The notes beneath the pieces were generated by a model. The model was given only the letters and a program-made list of their open reading frames with translations, did no database searches and was not told the origin of the DNA. Shown piece by piece: positions 5,386-15,700 of a DNA stretch of 54,197 nt. This stretch comes from a virus (taxonomy: Duplodnaviria > Caudoviricetes): positions 1 to 54,197 of IMG/VR virus record IMGVR_UViG_3300010160_000057. One strand, 5' to 3'. A program made the translations under genes and the position numbers. The first letter of the stretch is position 1. Each line of letters opens with the position of its first letter.

Positions 5386-7815
5386 ATGACAAATAACGTA
5401 ACGATATTCCAAAACATAAGAGATACGGACACTCCGTTCTTTAGGGATGTTAATGTTATCCTTGAGAGAATAAAGATTGGTGCGGGTGCTACAAAAGATA
5501 TTGTGAAACGCATTAGACAAGAAAAAAACAAAACTGAACGTAACGAGATTAAGAAACTATTACCGGCTATATGCTTCAGTGGTACATTCAAAAAGAGATT
5601 AGATAGTGCATTGGAAGAACACTCAGGACTTATATGCTTGGACTTTGATGGATACACTAAGCAGAAAGAATTATTACAAGACAAAGAGACTATATCAAAA
5701 AACAAATATGTATTCTCTGTATTCATTTCCCCTTCGGGTAATGGTTTAAAAGTATTGGTTAAGATTCCCGCTGATGTGGATAATCATACAAACTACTTCA
5801 ATAGCCTAGAAAAGCATTTTAATAGCCCTTATTTCGATAAAACAAGTAAAAATGTTAGTAGAGTATGTTACGAGTCTTATGACCCTTTAATTCACGTTAA
5901 TATCAATTCCTCTATTTGGGACTTAATTGAGGAGCCTGAGTACACAGAGGTAAATAAGATTAGAGACCAAGCTACTATTCCAATTACAGATGAGAATAAA
6001 ATTGTAGAGATACTTGTTAAGTGGTGGGAGAAGAAATACCCAATGCAAGAAGGACAACGCAATCATAACGCCTACATTCTTGCGATGGCTTTCAATGACT
6101 TTGGTATTAATAAAAGCCTTGCGGGTTATGTATTAAACCAATTCGCTAACTCAGACTTTACTTTAGGAGAGATAGCACAGACTATTGACTCAGCCTACAG
6201 ACACACAGCCAACTTCGGGACCAAGTACTATGAAGATGAAGAACGTATTAATATGATACGTGCTAAGTTAAGAAGGGGTGTATCTAAGAAAGAGATTAAA
6301 TACCAATTGCAAGACTCCAACTTAGACAATGATATAATTGATGCAGTGCTTAACAAAGTTGAGGATGAAAACTCAAAGTTGACCTTTTGGACTAAGAACG
6401 ATAAAGGTGCCATCAAGATAGAGCACATTCTATTTAAGCAGTTCTTAGAAGACTCAGGGTTCTATAAGTTCTGTCCTGAAGGTAGTCGTAACTATGTGTT
6501 TGTAAAAGTTACTAATAACCTTGTGGACCATACCTCTGAGAAAGAGATTAAAGATTACTTACTCACTCACTTGTTAGAGTTGGATGACAATAGCGTATAT
6601 AATTATTTTGCAGATAATACGAGGTTTTTTAAAGATGAGTTCTTAACTTTGTTGTCAACAATTGAGATATACTTTATTGGAGATAATAAAGACTCAGCTT
6701 ACTTGTACTACAAGAATTGTGCAGTAAAGATTATGAAAGATAAAATTACCACTATTGACTATGTAGATTTAGGTGGGTATGTATGGAAGGACCACGTGAT
6801 TGATAGAAACTTTAACATTTGTGATGTTACCGGAAATTGTGATTTCAAAAAGTTCATAAGTAATATCAATGGTGGAGATGAAAATCGTGTGAAGACTATG
6901 GAAAGTACCATTGGATTCTTAATGCACGGATACAAGAACTTATCATTCTGTCCGGCAGTGATATTAAATGATGAGGTGATTAGTGATAACCCTGAAGGTG
7001 GTACGGGAAAAGGATTAGTGATGAATGCCTTGAGTAATATGAAGAAGCTAGTGGTGATTGATGGTAAGTCATTCAACTTTGAGAAGTCTTTCCCTTATCA
7101 GTTGGTGTCGGCTGACACTCAGATACTTTGCTTTGATGATGTAAAGAAACACTTTGACTTCGAGAGATTGTTTAGTGTAATTACAGAAGGGTTGACATTG
7201 GAGAAGAAGAACAAGGATGCGATTAAGATACCATTTGTTAAATCTCCTAAGGTAACTATAACTACTAACTACGCAATCAAGGGAGCGGGTAATTCATTTG
7301 CTCGAAGAAAGTGGGAGTTGGAGTTGCACCAATACTACACGATGAACTTCACGCCAAGAGATGATTTTGGTAAGATGATGTTCGGGGATTGGAACGATGA
7401 TGATTGGTGTGAGTTTGACAACTATATGATTAACTGCTTGAGATTCTACTTAGCAAAAGGTTTGGTTAAGTCTAAGTTCGTTAACTTAAAGATTCGTCAG
7501 TTGTCAGCAGAGACTTGCCACGAGTTCATTGAATGGGTTGGGCTAGTTGATAACAACGATAGAAGTAATGTATTACCTACCAATGTGAGATTGTATAAGA
7601 ATGAATTATATAATAACTTTGTTGATGAGTATCCTGACTATGGTGCAAGAGGAAAGATGACTATAAGCAGAACTAAGTTTTATAAATTCTTAATAGCTTA
7701 CGCTATCTATAAAGAAGGAATGATGCCTGAGGAAGACAGAGATCACTTAGGTAGATGGATAATAATTAAAAAGAGAGCAGATAACGAAACACAAATTCAA
7801 TTGAATCAAGAATGA
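5386..7815 (+). CDS. primase-helicase (VirE-N/BT4734-like + PriCT + SF3-like ATPase)
   Basis: LPAICFSG, SGLICLDFD, FISPSGNGLK, GQRN (PriCT), Walker A GGTGKG, Walker B CFDD. Confidence 0.85.
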   Translation: MTNNVTIFQNIRDTDTPFFRDVNVILERIKIGAGATKDIVKRIRQEKNKTERNEIKKLLPAICFSGTFKKRLDSALEEHSGLICLDFDGYTKQKELLQDKETISKNKYVFSVFISPSGNGLKVLVKIPADVDNHTNYFNSLEKHFNSPYFDKTSKNVSRVCYESYDPLIHVNINSSIWDLIEEPEYTEVNKIRDQATIPITDENKIVEILVKWWEKKYPMQEGQRNHNAYILAMAFNDFGINKSLAGYVLNQFANSDFTLGEIAQTIDSAYRHTANFGTKYYEDEERINMIRAKLRRGVSKKEIKYQLQDSNLDNDIIDAVLNKVEDENSKLTFWTKNDKGAIKIEHILFKQFLEDSGFYKFCPEGSRNYVFVKVTNNLVDHTSEKEIKDYLLTHLLELDDNSVYNYFADNTRFFKDEFLTLLSTIEIYFIGDNKDSAYLYYKNCAVKIMKDKITTIDYVDLGGYVWKDHVIDRNFNICDVTGNCDFKKFISNINGGDENRVKTMESTIGFLMHGYKNLSFCPAVILNDEVISDNPEGGTGKGLVMNALSNMKKLVVIDGKSFNFEKSFPYQLVSADTQILCFDDVKKHFDFERLFSVITEGLTLEKKNKDAIKIPFVKSPKVTITTNYAIKGAGNSFARRKWELELHQYYTMNFTPRDDFGKMMFGDWNDDDWCEFDNYMINCLRFYLAKGLVKSKFVNLKIRQLSAETCHEFIEWVGLVDNNDRSNVLPTNVRLYKNELYNNFVDEYPDYGARGKMTISRTKFYKFLIAYAIYKEGMMPEEDRDHLGRWIIIKKRADNETQIQLNQE

Positions 7816-8114
7816 AAACAAAAGAAAGAGCAGCAAACTATATGAGACTAAAGAAAGATTATAGAGACCCTGAGGATATTGCATTCTCAAAGTGGGTAGA
7901 TGACCACTTCCCGTTAAGAAACAGGAACTTCAAAGGTGAAGTATTATATTCAGGAAGTAAATACGATGATTTTTATTTAATAAGTGAGTTAGTACAAATT
8001 TATAAAAAGAAAAATGTTATGTTACCAAACAATGAAAAGATTGTAGTAGAAGTTTTAGCTTGGCTATCAGTTATAACGCTAATATCAGCAGTATTATTTT
8101 TAATATTTAATTAA
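7812..8114 (+). CDS. hypothetical protein with C-terminal TM helix
   Basis: ORF track; ATGA-coupled; hydrophobic C-terminus. Confidence 0.6.
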   Translation: MKTKERAANYMRLKKDYRDPEDIAFSKWVDDHFPLRNRNFKGEVLYSGSKYDDFYLISELVQIYKKKNVMLPNNEKIVVEVLAWLSVITLISAVLFLIFN

Positions 8115-8120
8115 TAGATT

Positions 8121-8246
8121 ATGTCAAAGTATTTTAAACCATTAACACGAATAAAAAAAGTAATGGAGTTCTACTATAAAAGAGGAACCAACAAAGAGAG
8201 TATCAATGAATTGTATCGTAAAATTTTAAATGAAGAAAAGAAATGA
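8121..8246 (+). CDS. small hypothetical protein (41 aa)
   Basis: Read manually: MSKYFKPLTRIKK...NEEKK; fills the gap and has an ATGA overlap with the next gene. Confidence 0.55.
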   Translation: MSKYFKPLTRIKKVMEFYYKRGTNKESINELYRKILNEEKK

Positions 8247-8473
8247 CAGATATAAGTAAATGCACGGACCATCAGTGTCCTTCAAAAGAAATATGTTATA
8301 GATTCACAGCACCGGCATCAGAATATTGGCAGTCTTATGGGGCATTTGGAAGAGAACAAGATGCCTATAATTGTGATATGTTTTGGCATAATGGTGCTTG
8401 TAAATATTGTCATCAAAAAGATGGAGTACATAAAATGAGTTGTCCAACAATGAAAATCCAAGTAAACTTATGA
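8243..8473 (+). CDS. Cys/His-rich hypothetical protein
   Basis: DISKC...CP.KE.CYRFTAP and CKYCH...HKMSC; probable zinc binding. Confidence 0.7.
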   Translation: MTDISKCTDHQCPSKEICYRFTAPASEYWQSYGAFGREQDAYNCDMFWHNGACKYCHQKDGVHKMSCPTMKIQVNL

Positions 8474-8700
8474 GACATTATACAACAAACGAAAATCATG
8501 GTGAAGATATTTTAAAAGCAATAGCTAAAATAGAAGCACTTGAAAACAATTTTAAATATTCCCAAAAAGAAGCAGACGAATTTACTATTGGGTTTGCAGA
8601 GTGGTATTTGAACTTGTGGCATACAGATGATGATTCATCTTTTGATAATAACTCACCACAAGAACTATTAGAACTCTATAAAAAAGAAAAAGGATTATGA
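8470..8700 (+). CDS. hypothetical protein (...GFAEW...ELLELYKKEKGL)
   Basis: Start moved to the coupled ATG at 8470. Confidence 0.65.
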   Translation: MRHYTTNENHGEDILKAIAKIEALENNFKYSQKEADEFTIGFAEWYLNLWHTDDDSSFDNNSPQELLELYKKEKGL

Positions 8701-8924
8701 TTGACAAGTATATAAAGATGAGGAACACAAGCCAATACAATATAAATTGGTTTTATGATTACTTTGTTTCAAATGGTGGTGATTCAATGGGAATAAATAA
8801 ATTCAGTATGGTATTCAATATGATTAGCTTACAGGAAATATGCGAATCATTAGATAAGAAATTCAATCTAACATCAATAGAAGATACTAAAGGAAACCTA
8901 CTAAAAGTTTTTAAAAATGAATAA
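8697..8924 (+). CDS. hypothetical protein
   Basis: ORF track; ATGA-coupled. Confidence 0.6.
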   Translation: MIDKYIKMRNTSQYNINWFYDYFVSNGGDSMGINKFSMVFNMISLQEICESLDKKFNLTSIEDTKGNLLKVFKNE

Positions 8925-9252
8925 CACACAGACGGTACATATAGGAATGTTAAATTCATTTAATGTCTTAACAGAAAAAGCCACAATCGAAGATATTATC
9001 AGCTCAGGGTTGGCTTACTTTGCTCACGCACCTGATGAGGAATCAGTAATGCAAAGTATAGAGTTTATGATTTTTTACTTTAAAGGAATTGAGATGTATG
9101 AGAAGTGTGCAGAGCTAAAAAAATATATAGAAAAAACATTTAATGAAGATGGAACCTACAAAGAAAAGTTTTGCAATTGTGAGTACCCAAACATAGAAAC
9201 TTATATATCTAAACCTAAATGTTCTGTATGCAACCTGAGACTAATGAGATAA
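8917..9252 (+). CDS. hypothetical protein with UVR-like YEKCAEL motif and C-terminal Cys pairs
   Basis: ORF track; EMYEKCAELKK; CNC...CSVC. Confidence 0.6.
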   Translation: MNNTQTVHIGMLNSFNVLTEKATIEDIISSGLAYFAHAPDEESVMQSIEFMIFYFKGIEMYEKCAELKKYIEKTFNEDGTYKEKFCNCEYPNIETYISKPKCSVCNLRLMR

Positions 9253-10703
9253 TTGAAAGAACACCGGGGTTTAATAACCAAGAGATGTGGAAACAATGCG
9301 AACTATTAAAAAGCGTTGTGTTTCAAACTATTCAAGTGAAGTCAGGAAGAGGTAAAGGAGTTAGGATAACAGAAGAGTTCAAACATGACACACCTTCAGA
9401 GATTAGAAATAGAATAGCTAATAGTTGTGAGTATTATAAAAATCTTCACGAACAAGATATGAAAAGAAACAATAAAATTGAATACAGAGATTACCAATTA
9501 GACATCATAAAGCTTGGCGCTAAAATAATTGAAGAGTTTGGTTTTGTTTATTTAGCTATGGAAGTTAGGACCGGAAAGACTTTAACAAGCCTTGGGATAG
9601 CAGAACTTATTTGCAGCAGTAATGTTTTGTTTTTAACAAAAAAGAAAGCTATCTCTAGCATTCAAAAGGATTACGAGCTTCTCAATCCTCCGTATCATTT
9701 AACAGTTACCAACTACGAGAGTTTACATAAGATAGATACTACTGATTGGGATTTGATTATTTGTGATGAGGCTCACTCCATGGGTGCATTCGCAAAACCA
9801 AGTAAAAGAGCGGTCCAAGTAAAAGACCTTATTAAAAGTACAATGGCAAATGTTATTCTTTTATCAGGCACACCTACTCCTGAGTCCTACTCACAGATGT
9901 ACCACCAAGTTTATGGAATACCTAAAAATCCTTTTAAAGAATTTAGTAATTTCTATAAATTTTGTAATACCTTTGTAAAAGTAAAGACCAAAATGATAAA
10001 TGGTTTAATCATTAAAGATTACTCAGAAGGGTTAGACACTATAGTTGAAGCAATGGCTCCGTTCACAATCAACTACACTCAACAAGAGGCAGGATTTCTA
10101 ACTGAGACTACTGAAGAGGTATTTGAAGTTGAGCTAAAAGAATCAACCTACAAGTTGATTAATAAATTAAAAAAGGATTTGATTGTTGAAGGAAAGGAGG
10201 AAGTTATCTTAGGTGACACTCCGGTGAAATTGATGAGTAAGATACATCAATTATTCTCAGGAACAATTAAATTTGAAAGTGGTAACTCAATGGTTATTGA
10301 TACCGCTAAAGCAGAGTTTATCAAGGAACAATGGATGGGATGTCAGATTGGTATCTTCTATAAATTCAAAGAAGAATTAGTAGCTTTGCAACAAGTCTTC
10401 GGAGATGAATTAACAACAGACTTGGATGAGTTCAATAATAGCTATAAAAACATAGCATTACAGATTGTATCAGGGCGTGAGGGTATATCATTAAAGAAAG
10501 CACAATATCTTGTATATTACAATATTGATTTCAGTGCTACAAGTTATTGGCAGTCCAAAGATAGAATGACCACCAAGGATAGATTAGAGAACCAAGTGTT
10601 TTGGATATTTGCTAAAGGTGGTATAGAATATGATATTTATAAAGCAGTAACAAAGAAAAAAAATTATACATTAAATCACTTCAAAAAAGATTTTTACTTA
10701 TGA
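9219..10703 (+). CDS. SF2 (SNF2/DEAH-like) helicase
   Basis: YRDYQ Q-motif, RTGKT, DEAH, LSGTP, GREGISL, Q..DR; start uncertain. Confidence 0.85.
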   Translation: MFCMQPETNEIIERTPGFNNQEMWKQCELLKSVVFQTIQVKSGRGKGVRITEEFKHDTPSEIRNRIANSCEYYKNLHEQDMKRNNKIEYRDYQLDIIKLGAKIIEEFGFVYLAMEVRTGKTLTSLGIAELICSSNVLFLTKKKAISSIQKDYELLNPPYHLTVTNYESLHKIDTTDWDLIICDEAHSMGAFAKPSKRAVQVKDLIKSTMANVILLSGTPTPESYSQMYHQVYGIPKNPFKEFSNFYKFCNTFVKVKTKMINGLIIKDYSEGLDTIVEAMAPFTINYTQQEAGFLTETTEEVFEVELKESTYKLINKLKKDLIVEGKEEVILGDTPVKLMSKIHQLFSGTIKFESGNSMVIDTAKAEFIKEQWMGCQIGIFYKFKEELVALQQVFGDELTTDLDEFNNSYKNIALQIVSGREGISLKKAQYLVYYNIDFSATSYWQSKDRMTTKDRLENQVFWIFAKGGIEYDIYKAVTKKKNYTLNHFKKDFYL

Positions 10704-10822
10704 TTGACTACAGAGATTACGGAAACGAATACAACGAGTGCACTTGCAGACAATGTGGAGAAGACTCAAGTGGTGAATTTTGCAGCCAACATTGTGCAAA
10801 AGAATATGAAGCAGATAATTAA
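10700..10822 (+). CDS. small zinc-finger protein (40 aa)
   Basis: Read manually: MIDYRDYGNEYNECTCRQCGEDSSGEFCSQHCAKEYEADN; ATGA-coupled. Confidence 0.6.
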   Translation: MIDYRDYGNEYNECTCRQCGEDSSGEFCSQHCAKEYEADN

Positions 10823-10830
10823 TAATAGAT

Positions 10831-11118
10831 ATGGAAAGTAAAAGAAACAGAATGGCGGGTGAACACCCATCTTACGACAAATTAGGAATGTCACCAAAAA
10901 GAAGAGCTAAGAAATTAGCTTATGACAAGAAGTACCAAGCTACTGAAGAGCGAGTTAATTATAGAGAAAAACTTAACAAAGCTAATAAGAAAGCCGGGAC
11001 CTATGGTAATGGTGATAACTTAGATATGAGTCATACTAAGGCAGGAAGTATGGTAGCTGAGAATATGAAGTCGAATCGTGGTAGAAACGGACAGAACGGC
11101 AAATCAACTAAGAAATGA
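10831..11118 (+). CDS. basic protein, possibly a minimal or degenerate HNH-like nuclease
   Basis: DMSH...NRGRN pattern; very basic. Confidence 0.5.
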   Translation: MESKRNRMAGEHPSYDKLGMSPKRRAKKLAYDKKYQATEERVNYREKLNKANKKAGTYGNGDNLDMSHTKAGSMVAENMKSNRGRNGQNGKSTKK

Positions 11119-11447
11119 TAAAGTGTGTATGCATAGATGCTGATAACAAACCAAGTAAAATACCTCAGCATAAATGGTTAGAAGAAGGAAAAGAGTACAC
11201 GTTGGCTTTTAGTATGACTGTACTTCCTCAAAAGAAATTAGCTTTCCAAGTTCAAGAGATTGACCTTGATGATAGTTGTTCTCCCTTTACTTGGTTCCTC
11301 GCAAACCGATTTGCGTTCAGACAGGAAGACTTAGAGAAATTATCTGATTTTATTCAAGATTGCAACAAGATTACTTTCTCAGTGAAAGAACTAATGAGAG
11401 AAACAAACATAAATGAAAGAGAGCCAAATACAATCAAAGAAGATTAA
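11115..11447 (+). CDS. hypothetical protein
   Basis: ORF track; coupled to neighbours. Confidence 0.65.
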   Translation: MIKCVCIDADNKPSKIPQHKWLEEGKEYTLAFSMTVLPQKKLAFQVQEIDLDDSCSPFTWFLANRFAFRQEDLEKLSDFIQDCNKITFSVKELMRETNINEREPNTIKED

Positions 11448-11655
11448 GGAACTTGAGGCTCAGGGATATTATGTTATTAAGCTTACCAAGACAAATAAGA
11501 ATGGGATTCCCGACATTATTGCTATCCCTCCCAACTCAGATGTTGAGTTCTACGAAGTTAAAGGACCAACCGGAAAGCTATCAAAATTACAAGAATATAG
11601 AATAAAAGAATTAACTGAACACGGAGTCAAAGCCGAGGTTTATAAACCAATTTAA
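11413..11655 (+). CDS. VRR-NUC domain nuclease
   Basis: ESQIQ, GIPDII, FYEVK, GKLSKLQ. Confidence 0.85.
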   Translation: MKESQIQSKKIKELEAQGYYVIKLTKTNKNGIPDIIAIPPNSDVEFYEVKGPTGKLSKLQEYRIKELTEHGVKAEVYKPI

Positions 11656-11659
11656 TCAA

Positions 11660-12175
11660 ATGGAATTAACATACAAAGAAAAAACAGATTTAGAAAAAGA
11701 ATCATTAAAAGAAATAGTAAGTAATGTTTTTGGAGTAGATATATCTTTAAAAAACAGACAAAGAAACTCAGTAGATGCACGTAGAATTTACTCAAAGATA
11801 TTAAGAGAAAGAGGATATACTTTTGAATCTATAGGAGAGTCAGTAGAAAGAGACCACGCATCGGTTATTAATTATATGGCTTCTGTTGATACTATACTTG
11901 CTTATGATAAAGGTCTTAGAGATAAATATATAGCTTGTAAGAACGTATTTCTTGAAGGTAGAGCACCACTTATGGCTGAAAGAATAAAGAAAGATGCTGA
12001 TGTATATTTAACCGTAATGAAATTAAATAACGAACTTCAAGAAATTATTAAAGAAAAGAAAGAAATTTTGACTAAATTTGTACATTATATAGAAAAGTAC
12101 GAAAATGAAACAGGATATTATCCTTCTGTTAAATTTTTAAAAAATAATGTAATACCATTGTTTGATGTTAAATAA
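11660..12175 (+). CDS. second DnaA domain IV-like HTH protein with helical tail
   Basis: VDARRIYSKILR...SIGESVERDHASVI matches the DnaA_C RDHTTV signature. Confidence 0.7.
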   Translation: MELTYKEKTDLEKESLKEIVSNVFGVDISLKNRQRNSVDARRIYSKILRERGYTFESIGESVERDHASVINYMASVDTILAYDKGLRDKYIACKNVFLEGRAPLMAERIKKDADVYLTVMKLNNELQEIIKEKKEILTKFVHYIEKYENETGYYPSVKFLKNNVIPLFDVK

Positions 12176-12186
12176 ATCGTAATTTT

Positions 12187-12381
12187 ATGAAACCAATTTT
12201 AGATGAAGAAAACAAAAGAGCTGCTCGGATAGCTTATAGATTAAATGAGTACCATGCTCTATTAGATACTATCTACGAGAACTTAGTTGACCGTGATTTT
12301 AAAATTGTGAGAAGAGAGACTCAGGTCTTGATAATGGAATTAAGATGTATATTAAAATCAACAGAAGAAGATGACTTTTGA
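12187..12381 (+). CDS. hypothetical protein
   Basis: ORF track. Confidence 0.6.
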   Translation: MKPILDEENKRAARIAYRLNEYHALLDTIYENLVDRDFKIVRRETQVLIMELRCILKSTEEDDF

Positions 12382-12784
12382 AACAGAACAAGACTTAAAA
12401 AGAGAACACAAAGCAATAACAACATTCGTAAATACATTTGGAGGTTCCTTCAAAAAATTAGACCCACACGATGTTGACTACAAGATATTCGATAAAGAAG
12501 GAAAGCTAATAGCTTATGCTGAGGTGAAAGGCAGAATAAGAACTATGCACAATGCTTATCCTCTTCCGGTAGCAGCAAGAAAGATTGTTAAGTTAGTAGA
12601 TAAGAGATTACCTCCGGTGATGATATGGTCTTGTGAAGACGGTATTATATACGGAAAAATTGATAAACTAATAGGAGAAGTTAAGTGGGGTGGTCGTGCC
12701 CCACGTAACGGCTCCGTTAATGATTTAGAACTTATGGTGTTCTATGAAAAACAAAAAGACTTAAAGTATATTAGATTTCTTTAA
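12371..12784 (+). CDS. putative PD-(D/E)XK nuclease
   Basis: VDY...AEVKGR motif. Confidence 0.55.
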   Translation: MTFETEQDLKREHKAITTFVNTFGGSFKKLDPHDVDYKIFDKEGKLIAYAEVKGRIRTMHNAYPLPVAARKIVKLVDKRLPPVMIWSCEDGIIYGKIDKLIGEVKWGGRAPRNGSVNDLELMVFYEKQKDLKYIRFL

Positions 12785-15700
12785 GACTTGATGTTCTTGT
12801 ATAGCTATTTATAACATTACCTTCTTTATCGGTAACTGTTCTTGTGTATTTCTTTTTATAAGTACCATCAGAATTTTTAGACCTTTTACTTTTTGATTTT
12901 TTTGGAGCGGCTGAATAATTATTCTCTTCGTCTTTTATCTTTGTAAGTTCTTCATTAATAAGTTTGTCTAATTCTTTTTCTGACTTATGCTCTTTATACC
13001 ATTCTGAATTAGGACCAAAATTTTTATTCCATAAATTTGGATTGTATTTTTCTAAGTCAGTTACATTTTCGTATTTTTTACCTGTATCAGGGTCAACAAG
13101 TAATTTATCTTTTTTGTAATTCTCAATAGTATTTAAGTCTTTTAAATATTTAGCATAATCTTTATCTATAGAATATTTAATTTCAGTAACTTTCTTTTCT
13201 GCAGCATTGATTAATTCTTGGTCAGTTGTTTTCTGAACAATCTCGTCAATTATATCAATCTTTTTCTTATTTTCATAATACTTTTTGTAATCTTTACCTT
13301 GCTGTATATCAGATGCGCTTTCAAGTCCTTTATAAATATCCTTCATTACAGACTTTCTAATTTCTTTGTAAAGAGGAACAAGCCCTAAGTTACCTAATAC
13401 TTCTAAAGGTATTCTTACATTCTTTTCTTTTTCTTGTCTTTCTATAGCTTCAGCTTGTTGTTTTTCATCTTCAAATGCTTTTTTAAGAACAAGGTCGGCA
13501 GTTTTAATAGCAGGACCATAAGACCCGGTCATATTTTTAAACAAGTCATAAACACCGGTTTGTGTCCCTTTCTTCTCAGGAGCAATTACTGAATACTGTA
13601 ATGCATCTTTGTATGGGTCGTAATCTCCTTCTCTTAAAAAGTCAAGGTAATTTTCATTAACTTGTTCTACCCCATAATTTATTGCTGTTTTTGTTGCATT
13701 TCCAAAGTCTCTTCCTAATAGCATAGAGCTAAAGGTAGATGCTAATGCTTGACCAACAGCTTTCTCCGGTGCTTTTTCTTCTTCATCATCTTCTTCATCA
13801 AATAACAATCCAATAAGACCACCTCCTAATGCTTTTATTAATAAACTATATACAGTCATACGGGTGACAGCAGCTCCTAATAATGCAGCACCTTGTCTTT
13901 TAGTTAAAGAACCATTACCCATAGCAGCCATTATACCTGTTCTTGCGGTAACAAATTCATAAACCATAAACTTAGTCATAAAACTGTTCATATTGTTAAA
14001 TATTTTTGTTGTAATACTTTGATTTGGTTTACTTGTTCCTTTAAGTATTCCTGTAAAAGCATTACTACTCGCACCTGTTATAACAGACCTTTCATCAGCA
14101 ATTGTTTTTGCTTTTTCAATAGCTTCTTTATTCTCATCCATGTAAGCCTCATCATTTGCTGCAATCTTTTTAAAGTCAACATCTTCTCCTGTTAATTTTT
14201 TAAAATTATAAGCAAATGAGCCAAACCATATAGGTCTCATAATAGCCTTATCAGGAGTTGCAATTTGAATATCTGCTAATAATTCAACAGAATTAACATA
14301 TTTTTTACCTGATAAATTAAAAATTTGTTGTATTTTATTAGCAACAACATTTTTAGATTTACCACCTTTTATACCACTTATTTGATTTAATATACCTGAA
14401 TCAATCATTCTACCTGATAATGTATCTGTAGGAAAAATTCTATTTATTTCTTTACTATTTACATTCTTCATTACTTCAGGTGCATCGGTAGATAGTATTA
14501 AACCTGTATTTTTAATACCTTCTGTAAATGCAGTCGGGTCACTAAGAAGTACAAATCCTACGTTAGAAAGAAACTCTGAAGCAAATCTACCTGTTCCGGC
14601 AAGAACAGCACGATAACCTTGTTTGCTTACATAATCAGCTACATCGTCAAAAAAAGATGTTGCAACATAATTATTAGTAATTAAGTTATCAATAGTCTCT
14701 TCAAAAGCGTTATTGATAGCATTAACTATTTGTCTTTTTTCTTTTGGTATCTTACCCTTTTCTTCCATATTAGCTATGGTTCTATTCATAGTCTTACGAG
14801 CAGTACGAATAGGCTCAGTTAAGTGATAATCCATAAGAACAAACTTAGCTCCTCTCTGAGCAGAAGTAAATATATCAAAGTTTAGAGGAGATACTTTACC
14901 GGTTCTCTCTATTAATGACTTAGCTTTCGTAGATGGTCTCATTGAATTATTATAGTCATTAGCAAAAGAGTCTCCTGATGCTAAATCATTTGGCTTATAT
15001 TCATGAAGAACATTTAAGTGTACATAATTATTTAAAGGATTAATTTTTTGACCTCTAATTATAGCTCCTGTGTACTCTGCTTTTTCTTTTAATGATTCGT
15101 TTACTTCACGAACTGTTTTAATAGCTTCTTTTTCAGCAGTATTAAATGAATTAAATAATTTTTCATTATCTATATTTCCTTCTGAGTCAGTATATTTGTC
15201 ATATATTTCTTGCAACATTTCAGCATCACGTTCTCCGAATTGAGACTTACCTGCTTCTATATGTTTTATAGTAGCTTTTAAATATTCTGCAGCAGGGTTT
15301 ACTTGTTTATTATTAGGGTTTGAATCATGCTCTAATTGAATCATATAAGTCATCATTTTAAACTTCGACATTAATGTTTTATTAGCATTAAGTTTAAATG
15401 ATTTTGCAACTTTTTCTTCTGCTTTTTCTAATAGAGACTGAACATTTTTTAACTCTGAAGTAAATTTAGCTTCAGCTTCAGCAGCTTTATTAAATAATGA
15501 ATTAAATATGTCTTTTGTTTTAAAGTCACCTAATACTTGGTCTATATTAAACAAAGGATTTCTTCTTATCATCTCTAACATAGCATCTTTCTTTGTTAAA
15601 ATAGATTTTGCTTTAGCATATAGTTTAGATAAAGGAAGAGGTTTTGATTTATTTACAGCAGTTTCTAACGTAACAGCATTATTTATAGAGTTTAACTTCT

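Larger units (their letters stand above)
3676..5388 (+). repeat. gene-junction repeat array, consensus TTTAAAAACAAATAAGATTATG (9 full or partial copies)
   Basis: Copies at 3676, 3926, 4073, 4445, 4668, 4819, 5045, 5343 and 5368, each ending in the start codon of the next ORF. Confidence 0.9.

Noticed and set aside
3676-5388. CRISPR array
   Set aside because: Inter-repeat distances vary from about 25 to 370 nt and are open reading frames; no cas genes
3676-5388. Diversity-generating retroelement or true integron
   Set aside because: No reverse transcriptase or tyrosine recombinase in the window, no template/variable repeat pair and no attC-like palindromes
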